Program-made: the position numbers and the translations under genes
Assembly: GCA_947475245.1 (NCBI GenBank)
Contig: CANJLW010000001.1
Location: 36,025 to 100,024 of the forward strand
Origin: Acetobacteraceae bacterium
GTDB lineage: Bacteria; Pseudomonadota; Alphaproteobacteria; Acetobacterales; Acetobacteraceae
Length of the DNA stretch: 64,000 nt
Reading direction: 5' to 3'
The notes under the pieces: model-generated
Told to the model about the DNA's origin: nothing
Seen by the model: the letters and a program-made list of their open reading frames with translations, nothing else
Database searches by the model: none
Shown here: piece by piece, positions 15,956 through 30,719 of the stretch
How positions within the stretch are numbered: the first letter of the stretch is position 1
How the letters are laid out: each line of letters starts with the position of its first letter

Positions 15956-17534
<1,579 letters not shown>

Positions 17535-17702
17535 GACCTTGGTTTCCTCTCGACTGACCCTGCGTCGATAGCGAGGGGCAGCCGCCTGGGCAAGGGCTGG
17601 GTAATGTAAGGTAAGAAACGTGTGAATTCCCATGTGGCGGCGCGAATCTGCTAGAATCGGGTCTCGTTTCCGGGATCGATTCGCAACCATGACCGCCGCC
17701 GC

Positions 17703-18308
17703 ATGATCGCGTTGTTGACAGGACGGGTAGACAGCCTGTCGGAGGGCGTCTGCGTGCTCGATGTGAACGGCGTCGGCTATCTCGTCCACGCCTCCACCCG
17801 CACGCTGGCGGCGCTGCCGCAACCGCCGGCGGCCGCGCGGATGTTGATCGAAACCCAGGTGCGCGAAGATGCGATCATCTTGTATGGCTTCGCTGAGTCC
17901 GCCGAACGCGACTGGTTTCGCCTGTTGACGACGGTCCAGGGGGTCGGCGGCAAGGTGGCGTTGTCGGTGCTGTCGGCTTTGTCGCCAAAGGACCTGATCG
18001 GGGCAATCGCGGCCGGCGACAAGGCCGGTCTGACCCGCGCGCCCGGTGTCGGTCCCCGTCTGGCGGTGCGCCTGCTCACGGAATTGCGCGACAAGGCGGG
18101 CGCGATGCCGTCCTCCTCGCTGGCGGCACCGCTCGTCGCGGCCCCGGCCGGCACGGCGGACGATGCGCTCTCCGCGCTGGTCAATCTGGGTTATCGCCGC
18201 CAGGAAGCTCAGCCGGCGATCGCGCGGGTGATCGAACAACTGGGCGATGACGCCTCGATCGACGCGGTGATTCGCCAGAGCCTGCGCGCGCTGGCGCAGA
18301 AGCCATGA
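17703..18308 (+). CDS. ruvA: Holliday junction branch migration protein RuvA
   Basis: [39 protein letters not shown]. Confidence 0.95.
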   Translation: MIALLTGRVDSLSEGVCVLDVNGVGYLVHASTRTLAALPQPPAAARMLIETQVREDAIILYGFAESAERDWFRLLTTVQGVGGKVALSVLSALSPKDLIGAIAAGDKAGLTRAPGVGPRLAVRLLTELRDKAGAMPSSSLAAPLVAAPAGTADDALSALVNLGYRRQEAQPAIARVIEQLGDDASIDAVIRQSLRALAQKP

Positions 18309-19348
18309 GCGACGGCGACCGCACCCTGTCCCCGGTTCGACGGGAAGAAGATGCCGCGGAATCGAGCCTGCGACCGCGCACGCTGGCGGATTTCACGGGG
18401 CAGAAGGCGTCGCGGGAAAACCTGGCGATCTTCATCGCGGCGGCTCGGGCGCGGGGTGAGGCTCTGGACCATGTGTTGCTGCACGGCCCGCCCGGATTGG
18501 GCAAGACGACGCTGGCGCAGATCGTGGCGGGGGAACTCGGCGTCGGGTTTCGCGCGACATCCGGGCCGGTGATCGCGCGCGCCGGCGATCTGGCGGCGAT
18601 CCTGACCAATCTGCAACCGCGCGACGTGCTGTTCATCGACGAAATCCATCGCCTGCAACCGGCGATCGAGGAAATCCTGTATCCGGCGATGGAGGATTTT
18701 CAGCTCGATCTGATCATCGGCGAAGGGCCGGCGGCGCGCAGCGTGCGCATCGATCTGCCGCCGTTCACCCTGGTCGGCGCGACGACGCGCGCGGGGCTGC
18801 TGGCCACGCCGCTGCGCGATCGCTTCGGGATTCCCTTGCGCCTGATCTTCTACACGCCCGAAGAACTGCAACTGATCATCACGCGGGGCGCGCGTATCCT
18901 GGGCCTGGCCTTGACCGAGGACGGCGCGGCGGAGATCGCGCGTCGTTCCCGCGGCACGCCGCGCATCGCCGGGCGGTTGCTGCGCCGGGTGCGCGATTTC
19001 GCCGCCGTGGCGGGGGACGCGCCCGTGACCCGCGCGGTGGCCGACGCCGCGCTGACACGGTTGGAGGTCGATCGGCTGGGACTCGACGCGATGGACCGGC
19101 GCTATCTGCGCCGCATCGCCGACCATCATGCCGGCGGTCCGGTCGGGGTCGAAACCCTGGCGGCGGCATTGGCCGAGGCCCGCGATACGCTGGAAGACGT
19201 GATCGAGCCCTACCTTATCCAGGAAGGACTGATCCTGCGTACCAGCCGCGGGCGGATGTTGGGCGATCCCGGTTGGCGGCACATGGACCTGCGTCCGCCG
19301 CGCCAGGCCGCGCCGCTGCTCGACCTGTTGCCGGACGACGCAGAATGA
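18305..19348 (+). CDS. ruvB: Holliday junction branch migration helicase RuvB
   Basis: [46 protein letters not shown]. Confidence 0.97.
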   Translation: MSDGDRTLSPVRREEDAAESSLRPRTLADFTGQKASRENLAIFIAAARARGEALDHVLLHGPPGLGKTTLAQIVAGELGVGFRATSGPVIARAGDLAAILTNLQPRDVLFIDEIHRLQPAIEEILYPAMEDFQLDLIIGEGPAARSVRIDLPPFTLVGATTRAGLLATPLRDRFGIPLRLIFYTPEELQLIITRGARILGLALTEDGAAEIARRSRGTPRIAGRLLRRVRDFAAVAGDAPVTRAVADAALTRLEVDRLGLDAMDRRYLRRIADHHAGGPVGVETLAAALAEARDTLEDVIEPYLIQEGLILRTSRGRMLGDPGWRHMDLRPPRQAAPLLDLLPDDAE

Positions 19349-19821
19349 CCAACGCGCCGAAAGTTAACCCTGCCTCCATCGCGACAGACGGCTGCCATCG
19401 TTATGCCGTCCGCGTCTATTACGAAGACACCGACGCGGGCGGGGTCGTCTACTATGCAAACTATCTGCGTTACGCCGAACGGGCGCGCACGGAAGCCTTG
19501 CGAGAGGCGGGAATCCCGCATGCGGAACTGGTGGAGCAATTTGGCCTGATGTTCATGGTGCGGCGCGTCGAAGTCGATTATGTGCGTGCCGCGCGCCTGG
19601 ACGATTCGCTGATCGTGGAAACCGAGACGACGGAGGTTGGCGGCGCGACCGTGCGGCTGCGTCAGGTCGTAATCGGGCCGGACGGCCCCTGCGCCGAACT
19701 GACCCTGCGGCTGGCATGCGTGCGGACTGACGGGGCAACCAAACCAGGACGTATTCCGCCGCGCTGGCGGGAGGGACTCGGACGCTTGCGCACGCGCGAC
19801 GCGGATCGAACAGGAGGTTAG
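19345..19821 (+). CDS. ybgC: Tol-Pal-associated acyl-CoA thioesterase YbgC
   Basis: [29 protein letters not shown]; start MTNAPK at 19345; position before tolQ. Confidence 0.92.
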   Translation: MTNAPKVNPASIATDGCHRYAVRVYYEDTDAGGVVYYANYLRYAERARTEALREAGIPHAELVEQFGLMFMVRRVEVDYVRAARLDDSLIVETETTEVGGATVRLRQVVIGPDGPCAELTLRLACVRTDGATKPGRIPPRWREGLGRLRTRDADRTGG

Positions 19822-19827
19822 AGAGCA

Positions 19828-20544
19828 GTGGATCGGGCAGTCGATGCGATAAACCTGGGTGCCGCGGGCGGCGACCTGTCGCTGTGGGGTCTGTTCAGGC
19901 AGGCCGATATCGTCGTCAAACTCGTGATGATCGGGCTGCTGGGCGCCAGCGTCTGGGTCTGGGCGGTCGTGTTCGAGAAGTGGTCGGTGCTGCGCAAGGC
20001 CAACAAGGCCGCCAATGGGTTCGAGGACCGGTTCTGGGCAGGCGGCAGCCTCGACGAACTGTTCGATCAGGAAGGCGGCAGTCCGTCGCACCCGATGGCC
20101 GCGGTCTTTGCCGCCGCGATGGGCGAATGGCGGCGTTCCCTGCGCATATCCGGGGCGGATATCGGGCATACCAACGTTCGTGACCGCATCGATCGCGCCA
20201 TCGCCGTCACCATCTCCCGAGAAATGGAGCGGATGGAACGTTGGATGGTCTTTCTGGCCTCGGTCGGCGCGACGGCGCCGTTCATCGGCCTGTTCGGCAC
20301 CGTATGGGGCATCATGAACAGCTTCGCCGCCATCGCCGCGATGCATAACACCAACCTCGCCGTGGTTGCGCCGGGCATCGCCGAAGCGTTGTTCGCCACC
20401 GCCATCGGTCTGGTCGCCGCGATCCCGGCCGTGCTCGCCTATAACCAGATATCGACCTCGCTCACGCGCTTCGCCGCGCGCCTGGAAAGCTTCGGCAGCG
20501 AGTTCAGCGCAATTCTGTCGCGTCAGAGCGAGGAGCGGAACTAG
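19828..20544 (+). CDS. tolQ: TolQ
   Basis: LASVGATAPFIGLFGTVWGIM, VVAPGIAEALFATAIGL. Confidence 0.95.
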   Translation: MDRAVDAINLGAAGGDLSLWGLFRQADIVVKLVMIGLLGASVWVWAVVFEKWSVLRKANKAANGFEDRFWAGGSLDELFDQEGGSPSHPMAAVFAAAMGEWRRSLRISGADIGHTNVRDRIDRAIAVTISREMERMERWMVFLASVGATAPFIGLFGTVWGIMNSFAAIAAMHNTNLAVVAPGIAEALFATAIGLVAAIPAVLAYNQISTSLTRFAARLESFGSEFSAILSRQSEERN

Positions 20545-20547
20545 GCC

Positions 20548-21033
<486 letters not shown>

Positions 21034-21041
21034 AGGCGCGC

Positions 21042-22061
21042 GTGCTGCAACAGGCGATACGCGAGATCGGCGAGCGCGCTTCCAGCCGGGGGCGGGAAAT
21101 CCGGGGCGGCGTTGCCGCGTCCGTATTGCTGCATCTCGGCGTCGTGCTCGTCTTGCTGATCGGGCCGTTGCGCGAGAAGCCCAAGGAAGAGGAAATCCCC
21201 GAACAGACCGTCGCGATGGTGTTCGAGGGGACGGCGCAGGCATCGATGCAGGCCCCGAATCCCGCGCCGATCCCGGCACCGGCAACCAACGTCGCGCCGC
21301 CCGCGCCGAAAGTGACGGAGCCGCCGAAGCCGCAGCCGGAACAACCGCCTCCGCCGCCGCCTCCCCCTCCGCCGCCACCACCGCCGCCGACGCCCGCGCC
21401 GCCGGTACCGACTCCGCCGACCCCCGCCGTGCCGCCGCCGCCGACGCCGGACCCGACCCCGTCGCCGATCCCACCGCCGCCGCCGACGCCCCCGACACCG
21501 CCGCAACCCGCGCCGCCCAAGCCGGAGCCCGCGTTGCCCTTGCCGCCGCCGTTGACGCCGCCGCCGCCCGCGCCGCCGAGCATCACGTCGCAGCCCAATG
21601 TGACGAAGAACCCGGCGCCGAACAGCCCGTCCGTGGATAATACGTTGCAGCGCTTGCGGCAGATGCAGGCCCAGCAGCAACCGCCGACCGCGAAGGCCAA
21701 TCCGCGCTCTGGCGGGCAGCCGAATTCCGGCGGTAATCCACTGGGCAACGATACCGCAGCGCTCAGCGCGGATCAGCGCGGCGCGATCGGCGAAAAAGTG
21801 CGGGAGTGCTGGACGAAGGACGCCGGCGCGCTGGACCTGGATAAGCAGCGCGTGCTGCTGACCGTCACCACCGACGGGGCCGGTGTCGCGCGAAAGGCGG
21901 AGATCGCGGGGGAGGATATCGGTAAAATGTCCGATCCGCGCTTCCGCGCCTTTGCCGAACGGGCGGTGCGCGCCGTCATGGATGCGCGCTGCGCCAATCT
22001 TCCGTTGCCCAGCACCTTGATGGGCAAGACCAACGTCCTGACATTCCGCTTTAGCCCATAA
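21042..22061 (+). CDS. tolA: TolA-like protein with proline-rich linker
   Basis: TM anchor SVLLHLGVV (S-x3-H), long Pro-rich linker, TonB_C-like C-terminal domain; located between tolR and tolB. Confidence 0.8.
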   Translation: MLQQAIREIGERASSRGREIRGGVAASVLLHLGVVLVLLIGPLREKPKEEEIPEQTVAMVFEGTAQASMQAPNPAPIPAPATNVAPPAPKVTEPPKPQPEQPPPPPPPPPPPPPPPTPAPPVPTPPTPAVPPPPTPDPTPSPIPPPPPTPPTPPQPAPPKPEPALPLPPPLTPPPPAPPSITSQPNVTKNPAPNSPSVDNTLQRLRQMQAQQQPPTAKANPRSGGQPNSGGNPLGNDTAALSADQRGAIGEKVRECWTKDAGALDLDKQRVLLTVTTDGAGVARKAEIAGEDIGKMSDPRFRAFAERAVRAVMDARCANLPLPSTLMGKTNVLTFRFSP

Positions 22062-22093
22062 GCCCGAATCCGCTATCGCCCCAACAGCCAGCC

Positions 22094-23491
22094 GTGGAAC
22101 CCAACGCCATGATCCAGATTATCAATCCCGTTGTCGGTCGTCGTGGTCTGATCGCCAGTTCGGCGGCGCTGCTGGCCACGCGCGCGCCGGTGCAGGCGCA
22201 ACCCTTACCCGGCGGGTCGCAAAGCGCCGTCATCGACGTCAGCCGAGCACGGGTGGAGCCGATCCCGATCGCCGTCCCGGAAATGGGCGGCAGCGACGGT
22301 GCCTCCGCCAAGCTCGGCAGCGACATGGCGCGCGTGATCGCCAACGATCTGGCGCGCTCCGGGCTGTTCCGACTGGTCGACAAGGCGGCGTCGTTTCAGG
22401 CCGGGCCCGCCGCGCCGGGAGCGACTCCGAATTTCCAGGAGTGGAAAGTCAGCGGCGCGCAAGCGGTCGTGATCGGACGCGTGGAAGCCGCCGGCGGCGG
22501 GAATGTGCGGGTGGAATTCCGCCTGTGGGACGTGCTGCCGCAAAAGCAAATCCAGGGGACCGCCTATACCACCACGCAAGGCAACTGGCGGCGCATCGCG
22601 CACATCATCGCCGATGTGATTTACGAACGTCTGTTGGGCGAGAAGGGCTATTTTGACACGCGGGTGGTTTATATCTCCGCCACCGGCCCGAAGGATCGCC
22701 GCACCAAGCGGCTGGCGATCATGGATCAGGACAGCGAAAACAACCGCTTCCTGACGGATGGGTCGTGGTTGGTGCTGACACCGCGGTTCCACCCGACGCG
22801 CGATGAGATCGCGTTCATGAGCTATGCCAACAACCGACCGCGCGTTTATCTGTTCAACCTCGGGTCCGGGCAGCAGCGTCTGCTGGGGGACTTTGGCGAG
22901 ATGACGTTCGGCCCCCGGTTTTCCCCCGATGGCGGCAGCGTGGCGATGTCGGTTTCCAACGGCGGCGGGTCGGACATCGTTCTGGTCGGGGCCGGCGGCG
23001 GTGGGCCGCGCCATCTGACCAGTTCCGGATCCATCGATGTCAGCCCGTGCTTCAGCCCGGACGGTTCGCAGATCGCGTTCGCGTCGGATCGGGGCGGCGA
23101 TCAGCAGATCTACGTGATGGACGCGAACGGCGGCGGCGCGAAGCGGATCAGCTTCGGCGAGGGGCGTTATGCGACTCCGGTCTGGTCGCCGCGCGGCGAT
23201 CTGATCGCGTTCACGCGGTATGGCGGCGACAACGCCAATTTCAACATCGGGGTCATGCATCCCGATGGGTCCGGTGAGCGGATTCTGTCCGAAGGTTGGT
23301 TGGTCGAAGGGCCGACCTTCGCGCCGAACGGTCGCGTCATCATGTTCTGGCGGGAATCGCGCGGCCGCGATCAGCGCGGAACCGGGTTTTCCTCCCGCCT
23401 CGTTTCGGTCGATATCACGGGGTTCAACGAGCGTGTGGCGGATACGCCGACGGACGCTTCGGAACCGGCCTGGTCGCCGCTTGGGACCTGA
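22094..23491 (+). CDS. tolB: TolB beta-propeller protein (start may be ATG 22109)
   Basis: PIPIAVP, RRIAHIIADVIYERLLGEKGYFDTR, PD40 repeats (PRFSPDG, PCFSPDG, PVWSPRG, PAWSP). Confidence 0.95.
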   Translation: MEPNAMIQIINPVVGRRGLIASSAALLATRAPVQAQPLPGGSQSAVIDVSRARVEPIPIAVPEMGGSDGASAKLGSDMARVIANDLARSGLFRLVDKAASFQAGPAAPGATPNFQEWKVSGAQAVVIGRVEAAGGGNVRVEFRLWDVLPQKQIQGTAYTTTQGNWRRIAHIIADVIYERLLGEKGYFDTRVVYISATGPKDRRTKRLAIMDQDSENNRFLTDGSWLVLTPRFHPTRDEIAFMSYANNRPRVYLFNLGSGQQRLLGDFGEMTFGPRFSPDGGSVAMSVSNGGGSDIVLVGAGGGGPRHLTSSGSIDVSPCFSPDGSQIAFASDRGGDQQIYVMDANGGGAKRISFGEGRYATPVWSPRGDLIAFTRYGGDNANFNIGVMHPDGSGERILSEGWLVEGPTFAPNGRVIMFWRESRGRDQRGTGFSSRLVSVDITGFNERVADTPTDASEPAWSPLGT

Positions 23492-23673
23492 CGGTAGGAA
23501 ACTGCGGCTATCGCGTCACAGCATGGAAGATATGTGTGTCGTATTCGCCTCAGGGAACTTGACCGAAAAGTGCCGAACACGCTAATCGCTCCGTCTGATG
23601 ACACGAGGCGCGTGGGCGTCCGTAGTGCCATGCCTAAAACCCCAGTGCACCCCCTTCCAGGGACGAAAAAGAG

Positions 23674-24138
23674 ATGAACACGAAGATCCTCGGCGCTTTC
23701 GCCGCCGTCGCCCTGTTGGCGGCTTGCGCGGAACAGACCACCACTGCCGCCGGCGGCGGCGCGACCAGCCAGGGCATTGTTCCGGGCAGCCAGGAAGACC
23801 TCGTCGCCAATGTCGGCGACCGGGTGTTCTATGACTTCAACAAGTCCGTCGTGACCAAGGCCGGTCAGGACACGCTGGCGAAGCAGGCCGCCTGGCTCGC
23901 GAAGTATCCGAACAATAACGTTCAGATCGCCGGCAACTGCGACGAACGCGGCACGACCGAATACAACCTCGCTCTGGGCAAGCGCCGCGCGAACGCCGCC
24001 GTTGCTTACCTCAAGGCCAAGGGCGTTGCCGCCGCGCGCATGACCTCCATCAGCTACGGCAAGGACCGCCCGACGGCGACCGGCTCCAACGAGCAGGCTT
24101 GGGCGCAGAACCGCAACGCGATCACCTCGGTCCGCTAA
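23674..24138 (+). CDS. pal: Peptidoglycan-associated lipoprotein Pal
   Basis: Lipobox LAAC; DERGTTEYNLALGKRRA, ISYGKDRP, AQNR. Confidence 0.95.
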   Translation: MNTKILGAFAAVALLAACAEQTTTAAGGGATSQGIVPGSQEDLVANVGDRVFYDFNKSVVTKAGQDTLAKQAAWLAKYPNNNVQIAGNCDERGTTEYNLALGKRRANAAVAYLKAKGVAAARMTSISYGKDRPTATGSNEQAWAQNRNAITSVR

Positions 24139-24188
24139 TCGGCGAACCGGTGCGGTCCATTGGGACCGCTATCGCGATGATACGGTAT

Positions 24189-24222
24189 AACCGGCGGCCC
24201 TCGGGTCGCCGGTTTTCTTTTG
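24189..24222 (+). terminator. Rho-independent terminator after pal
   Basis: aaccggcggccc-tc-gggtcgccggtt stem followed by TTCTTTT. Confidence 0.75.
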
Positions 24223-24309
24223 GCTGTTCCTCCGTCACCGTTCGCCACTGCCGTTTTGGCGGGCGATGCGGTATCAATCGGCTCGCGATTCGCACGCAGG
24301 AGAGACCGG

Positions 24310-25137
24310 ATGCGCTGGTTGAAGTTTCCCGTTGTCATGGTGGCGGCGATGCTGGCGGCGCCAATGGCGCAAGCCCAGGTCGACAGTCGTGAGGCGATTG
24401 CCTTGCAGAACCAGATCTACCAACTCCGCCAGGACATGCAGACGATGATGGACCGTGGCGGGTCCGGCCCGTCGCGCGGGTCGTCGTCGCAGGCCTCGGT
24501 GCCGAATGAGTTGGTCGCCCAGTTACTGACCCGGGTCGATGCGCTGGAGGAGCAGGTACGCCAACTGCGCGGCCGCATGGACGAGCAGCAGAACATGGCG
24601 CAGCGGCAGAATGCCGAATTGAACAAGAAGATCGACGATCTGGCATTCCAGATGTCGAATGGGGCCGGCGCGCCGAACGTGCCGGTAGCACCGCCGTTGG
24701 CGGTACCGGGCGCCAAGCCGGCAGCCCCGCCGCCGCCGGCCGCCGCCGCGCCTCGGACCCCGGAAATCGCGATGCAGCAGGGATCGGCCGCTTTGGCGCG
24801 CCGGGACTATCCGGCGGCGGAGCAGGCGGCGCGGGAAGTGCTGGCGAACCGGACCTCTCCCAAGGCGTATGACGCACAGTTGTTGCTGGCGCAGGCGCTG
24901 TCGGGGCAGCGGCAGTTTCCCCAGGCCGCGATTGCTTATGACGATGCCTATAACCGCTCCAGAAAGGGCGTTCACGCGCCGGATGCTTTGTTGGGGCTGG
25001 CGAATTCGCTGACCGCGATCAACGAGAAAAAGGCCGCGTGCGATACGCTGGTGCGGCTGCAATCGGAATTCCCGCAACCGCGGGGCGATCTGCGTGAGTC
25101 GATCGCGGCGGCGCACCAGCGCGCCGGATGCCGCTAG
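24310..25137 (+). CDS. cpoB: Cell division coordinator CpoB/YbgF
   Basis: Start MRWLKFP after AGGAG; signal peptide, coiled coil, TPR C-terminus (APDALLGLA, ACDTL); position after pal. Confidence 0.82.
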   Translation: MRWLKFPVVMVAAMLAAPMAQAQVDSREAIALQNQIYQLRQDMQTMMDRGGSGPSRGSSSQASVPNELVAQLLTRVDALEEQVRQLRGRMDEQQNMAQRQNAELNKKIDDLAFQMSNGAGAPNVPVAPPLAVPGAKPAAPPPPAAAAPRTPEIAMQQGSAALARRDYPAAEQAAREVLANRTSPKAYDAQLLLAQALSGQRQFPQAAIAYDDAYNRSRKGVHAPDALLGLANSLTAINEKKAACDTLVRLQSEFPQPRGDLRESIAAAHQRAGCR

Positions 25138-26381
25138 GGGCGGTATCGACGGAGCAACCTCCCGCCGCGGCGTTTGCCGCGGCGATGGCCTGCATGGGAC
25201 CGTTCGCCGCCGCACCGCGCCTGGCGGCGGGCGTGTCGGGCGGGGCTGACAGCCTTGCATTGGCGCTTCTGGCAAGGAATTGGGCGCGCGCGCATGGCGG
25301 ATCGCTTTTGGCGCTGGTCGTCGATCACGGCCTGCGTTCTGAGTCCGGTGCCGAAGCAGCGCTGACTGTTTCCCGTCTGGCGGCGTTGGGCATCGACGCT
25401 CGGCTGTTGAAAATTTGTGATTTGCGGCTGGGTTCGGCGATGGCCGAGCGGGCGCGGGCGGCGCGGTACGAGATTTTGGCGCGGGCCTGCGCGGAAGCCG
25501 GGATCGTCGACCTTTTGGTCGGACATCACGCCGAGGATCAGGCGGAAACGGCGATGATCCGGGTATTGTCGCGGAGCGGGGATCGAGGGCTGGCGGCAAT
25601 GCCCGCCGTTGCCGAGGGCGTGCGCGTGCGGTTGCTGAGGCCGTTGCTGCGGGTGTCTCCGGACATTTTGCGGTCGATGCTGCGCGGGTTGGGTGTCGCC
25701 TGGGTAGATGACCCATCCAATCGGGACAGGCGGGCGCTGCGACCGCGCTTGCGGCTGTTGAGCGCGCCGTTCGACACGCGCGCGGTGGCGGAAGCGACGC
25801 GGGTCGCGGGGCGGGCGCGTGCGATGGGTGAGGCAGGGGATGCCGAGGCGTTGGCGCGTCTAGTGACGATCCGGCCGGAAGGGTTCGCGATCGTCCGTCC
25901 CGGTGCTCTGCCGGCGGAGGCGTTGGCGGCGCTGATCCGCGCGTTGTCCGGGCAACCCTATGGGCCGAGCGGAGAACGGGTGGAGGGGGTTGCGAGGGAG
26001 CGATCGGCGGTGACCGTGGGCGGCGTGCGGTTTTTACCGGCGGGCCGACTGGGGCCGGGTTGGCTGGCGGTGCGCGAGGCATCACGGATGCATGGCGCGA
26101 TCCCGGCTGTGTCCGGCGCGGTTTGGGATGGCCGGTTTCGGCTGGTTCGGGCGGCGGGAGAAGGATTGAGCCTGGGGGCCTTGGGTCGGGATGCGAGGGA
26201 ATTGCGCGCGCATTCGGACCTGCCGCACGCTGTTTTGGCGACGCTGCCGGCGATCCGCCGCGGTAAAGTTCTGGTCTCCGTGCCGCTTTTGGGGTATCCT
26301 GATGAGGATGCATGCGCGCATTTTCGTTTGGTTTTCAGCCCTTCCCGGCCCGTGGCCGGTGCTCCGTTCCTGAGTTTTTGA
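25128..26381 (+). CDS. tilS: tRNA(Ile)-lysidine synthetase TilS
   Basis: GVSGGADSLAL, VDHGLR, ARAARY, GHHAEDQAET, RPLL, DDPSN. Confidence 0.93.
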   Translation: MPLGAVSTEQPPAAAFAAAMACMGPFAAAPRLAAGVSGGADSLALALLARNWARAHGGSLLALVVDHGLRSESGAEAALTVSRLAALGIDARLLKICDLRLGSAMAERARAARYEILARACAEAGIVDLLVGHHAEDQAETAMIRVLSRSGDRGLAAMPAVAEGVRVRLLRPLLRVSPDILRSMLRGLGVAWVDDPSNRDRRALRPRLRLLSAPFDTRAVAEATRVAGRARAMGEAGDAEALARLVTIRPEGFAIVRPGALPAEALAALIRALSGQPYGPSGERVEGVARERSAVTVGGVRFLPAGRLGPGWLAVREASRMHGAIPAVSGAVWDGRFRLVRAAGEGLSLGALGRDARELRAHSDLPHAVLATLPAIRRGKVLVSVPLLGYPDEDACAHFRLVFSPSRPVAGAPFLSF

Positions 26382-26521
26382 TGGTGGAATGGAGCTGCCA
26401 AACGCGAATGGGGATGCAGGATGCGGGACGACACCCTATGTTGGGTTTTCAAGCGCTGACGGTTCGCCGATCCTTGAACCCGATGCGGTAATTTCTGGTC
26501 CGTGAACGTGAGCAACGAGAC

Positions 26522-28444
<1,923 letters not shown>

Positions 28445-28466
28445 GGCGTCAGTCGCCTCAGGGTCT

Positions 28467-29282
28467 ATGGGAACGGAGTTCTGGCGTCGGGATCGCCCAT
28501 GGATCATGGGCATCCTGAACGTCACGCCGGACAGCTTCAGTGACGGCGGTCGCCACGCCATTCCGGCCATAGCGATTAAGGCCGGAATGGCGATGATCGC
28601 CGCCGGTGCCGATATTCTGGACGTCGGTGGCGAAAGCACACGTCCCGGTTCCGTCGCCGTTTCACCGGAAATCGAACAAGACCGAGTGCTGCCGGTCATT
28701 CGCGCCCTGGCCGCATCGGGCGCGCTTGTTTCCGTCGACACCCGTCATGCCTCCACCATGGCGGCGGCCTTGGCTGCCGGTGCTGCGATCGTCAACGACG
28801 TGTCCGCCCTGACGCACGACCCCGATGCGTTGAGCGTGGTGGCGCGGGCAGGGTGCCCGGTGGTGTTGATGCATATGCGCGGAACGCCTGAAACCATGAA
28901 CGGGTTGGCGTGCTACGACAACGTCGTCTCCGACGTGCGCGCGGAACTGGCCGAGACGCTGGCACGCGCGGTTCACGGCGGCGTCGCTGCGGAGCGCATT
29001 GCGCTCGACCCCGGCATCGGCTTCGCGAAGACGGCGGAACAAAGCCTTGCATTGCTGCGCGGGTTGCCCGACCTGGCCACGCTGGGTCGGCCTCTGCTGG
29101 TTGGCGTATCGAGAAAGTCCTTCATCGGTCGCATTGCGGAGCAGCCCGATGCGGCCCGTCGTGTGGGTGGATCGCTGGCGGCGGGGTTGTACGCGCTGTC
29201 GCGCGGGGCGCGCATTCTGCGCGTGCACGATGTCGAGGAAACGGTTCAGGCAGTGCGGGTTTGGTCCAGCTTGACGAATTAG
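28467..29282 (+). CDS. folP: Dihydropteroate synthase
   Basis: MGILNVTPDSFSDGG, DVGGESTRPG, LDPGIGFAKT, GVSRKSFIG, LRVHDV. Confidence 0.96.
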   Translation: MGTEFWRRDRPWIMGILNVTPDSFSDGGRHAIPAIAIKAGMAMIAAGADILDVGGESTRPGSVAVSPEIEQDRVLPVIRALAASGALVSVDTRHASTMAAALAAGAAIVNDVSALTHDPDALSVVARAGCPVVLMHMRGTPETMNGLACYDNVVSDVRAELAETLARAVHGGVAAERIALDPGIGFAKTAEQSLALLRGLPDLATLGRPLLVGVSRKSFIGRIAEQPDAARRVGGSLAAGLYALSRGARILRVHDVEETVQAVRVWSSLTN

Positions 29283-29351
29283 CGACCGTGACGCTTCCCC
29301 AATGTGACACTGACGGGCTAAATGGGCGGCAGCGGGGGTGACGGAGATCTG

Positions 29352-30719
29352 ATGACTAAAACCAGACGCCTGTTTGGCACCGACGGCATTCGCGGCAGAG
29401 CCAATACCGACCCGATGACCGCCGGGACCGCGCTGCGGCTGGGCCAGGCCGCGGGGCTTTTGTTCACGCGCGGCGCGTATCGTCACAAGGTGGTCATCGG
29501 CAAGGACACCCGCCTGTCCGGCTATATGATCGAGCCGGCGTTGACCGCCGGGTTCATCGGCGCCGGCATGGATGTGACGCTGCTGGGGCCGTTGCCGACG
29601 CCGGCGATCGCGATGTTGACGCGCAGCATGCGGGCCGATCTTGGCGTGATGATCTCCGCCTCGCACAACTCCTATGAAGATAACGGCATCAAGCTGTTCG
29701 GGCCGGACGGGACCAAACTGTCGGATGAGCGCGAGGACGAGATCGAGGCGCTGATGGACGAAGGCTTTGCCGATCGTCTGCCGCAAGGGGCCGGCTTGGG
29801 CCGCGCGGTGCGTCTGGAAGATGCGGGAAGCCGTTATATCGAGGTGGCAAAGGCGACATTCCCGCGCGGACTGCGGCTCGATGGACTGAAGATCGTGATC
29901 GATTGCGCGAACGGTGCCGGGTACAAGGTTGCACCGACGGTGTTGTGGGAGTTGGGGGCGCAGATCATCCCGGTCGGCGTGTCACCCAGCGGCACCAACA
30001 TCAATAAGGGCTGCGGGTCTACCGCGCCGGAATTTCTCTGCGCGCAGGTACTGGAACACGGGGCGCATCTCGGGATCGCGCTGGATGGCGACGCCGACCG
30101 GTTGGTGATCGCGGATGAGCGTGGCGAAGTCGTGGACGGCGACCAGATCATCGCCCTGATCGCGCGATCGTTACAGGAAAGCCAGCAGTTGCGCGGCGGC
30201 GGCGTGGTCGCCACGGTGATGTCGAACCTGGGGCTGGAACGGTTTTTGACCGGACGCGGCCTGGCTCTGCATCGCACCAAGGTCGGTGACCGCTATGTCG
30301 CTGAACGCATGCGAGAGACCGGGATTAACGTGGGCGGGGAGCAGTCGGGCCACGTCATTCTCTCTGACTTCGCCACAACCGGGGACGGGCTGTTGGCTGC
30401 GTTGCAGGTTCTGGCGGTGCTGGTTCAGGAAGGCCGGTCGGCCGGCGAGGCCTGCCGCGTGTTCGAAAAGCTGCCGCAGGTCCTGAAGAATGTGCGCTTC
30501 AGCGGCGTCTCTCCGTTGCAGTCGCCGCTCGTGCAGCGGCACATCGCCGATGTCGAGGGGCGCCTGAACGGTGCCGGTCGCGTGCTGATCCGCGAGAGCG
30601 GAACCGAACCTCTGGTGCGCGTGATGGCGGAAGGCGAAGACGAGTCGATGGTGGCGCGGGTCGTAGACGAGTTGTGCGCCACAATCGCCGAAGCCGCGCG
30701 CGCGTCGGGGCGCGGCTGA
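29352..30719 (+). CDS. glmM: Phosphoglucosamine mutase
   Basis: [39 protein letters not shown]; start MTKTRR at 29352. Confidence 0.96.
   Translation: MTKTRRLFGTDGIRGRANTDPMTAGTALRLGQAAGLLFTRGAYRHKVVIGKDTRLSGYMIEPALTAGFIGAGMDVTLLGPLPTPAIAMLTRSMRADLGVMISASHNSYEDNGIKLFGPDGTKLSDEREDEIEALMDEGFADRLPQGAGLGRAVRLEDAGSRYIEVAKATFPRGLRLDGLKIVIDCANGAGYKVAPTVLWELGAQIIPVGVSPSGTNINKGCGSTAPEFLCAQVLEHGAHLGIALDGDADRLVIADERGEVVDGDQIIALIARSLQESQQLRGGGVVATVMSNLGLERFLTGRGLALHRTKVGDRYVAERMRETGINVGGEQSGHVILSDFATTGDGLLAALQVLAVLVQEGRSAGEACRVFEKLPQVLKNVRFSGVSPLQSPLVQRHIADVEGRLNGAGRVLIRESGTEPLVRVMAEGEDESMVARVVDELCATIAEAARASGRG

Noticed and set aside
17535-18239. N-terminal extension of the ferredoxin reductase ORF (643 aa), and a LexA box before ruvA
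   Set aside because: The extension is antisense to ruvA and the Rossmann motif begins right after GTG 17534. No GTTC-N7-GTTC or GAAC-N7-GAAC was found in the spacer.
24523-26313. 596-aa Pro/Arg-rich minus-strand ORF
   Set aside because: Shadow of cpoB/tilS, expected from stop-codon scarcity at high GC.
26382-26521. RpoH (sigma32) promoter before ftsH
   Set aside because: CTTGAA and CCCTATGT both occur but in the wrong order and spacing for one promoter.
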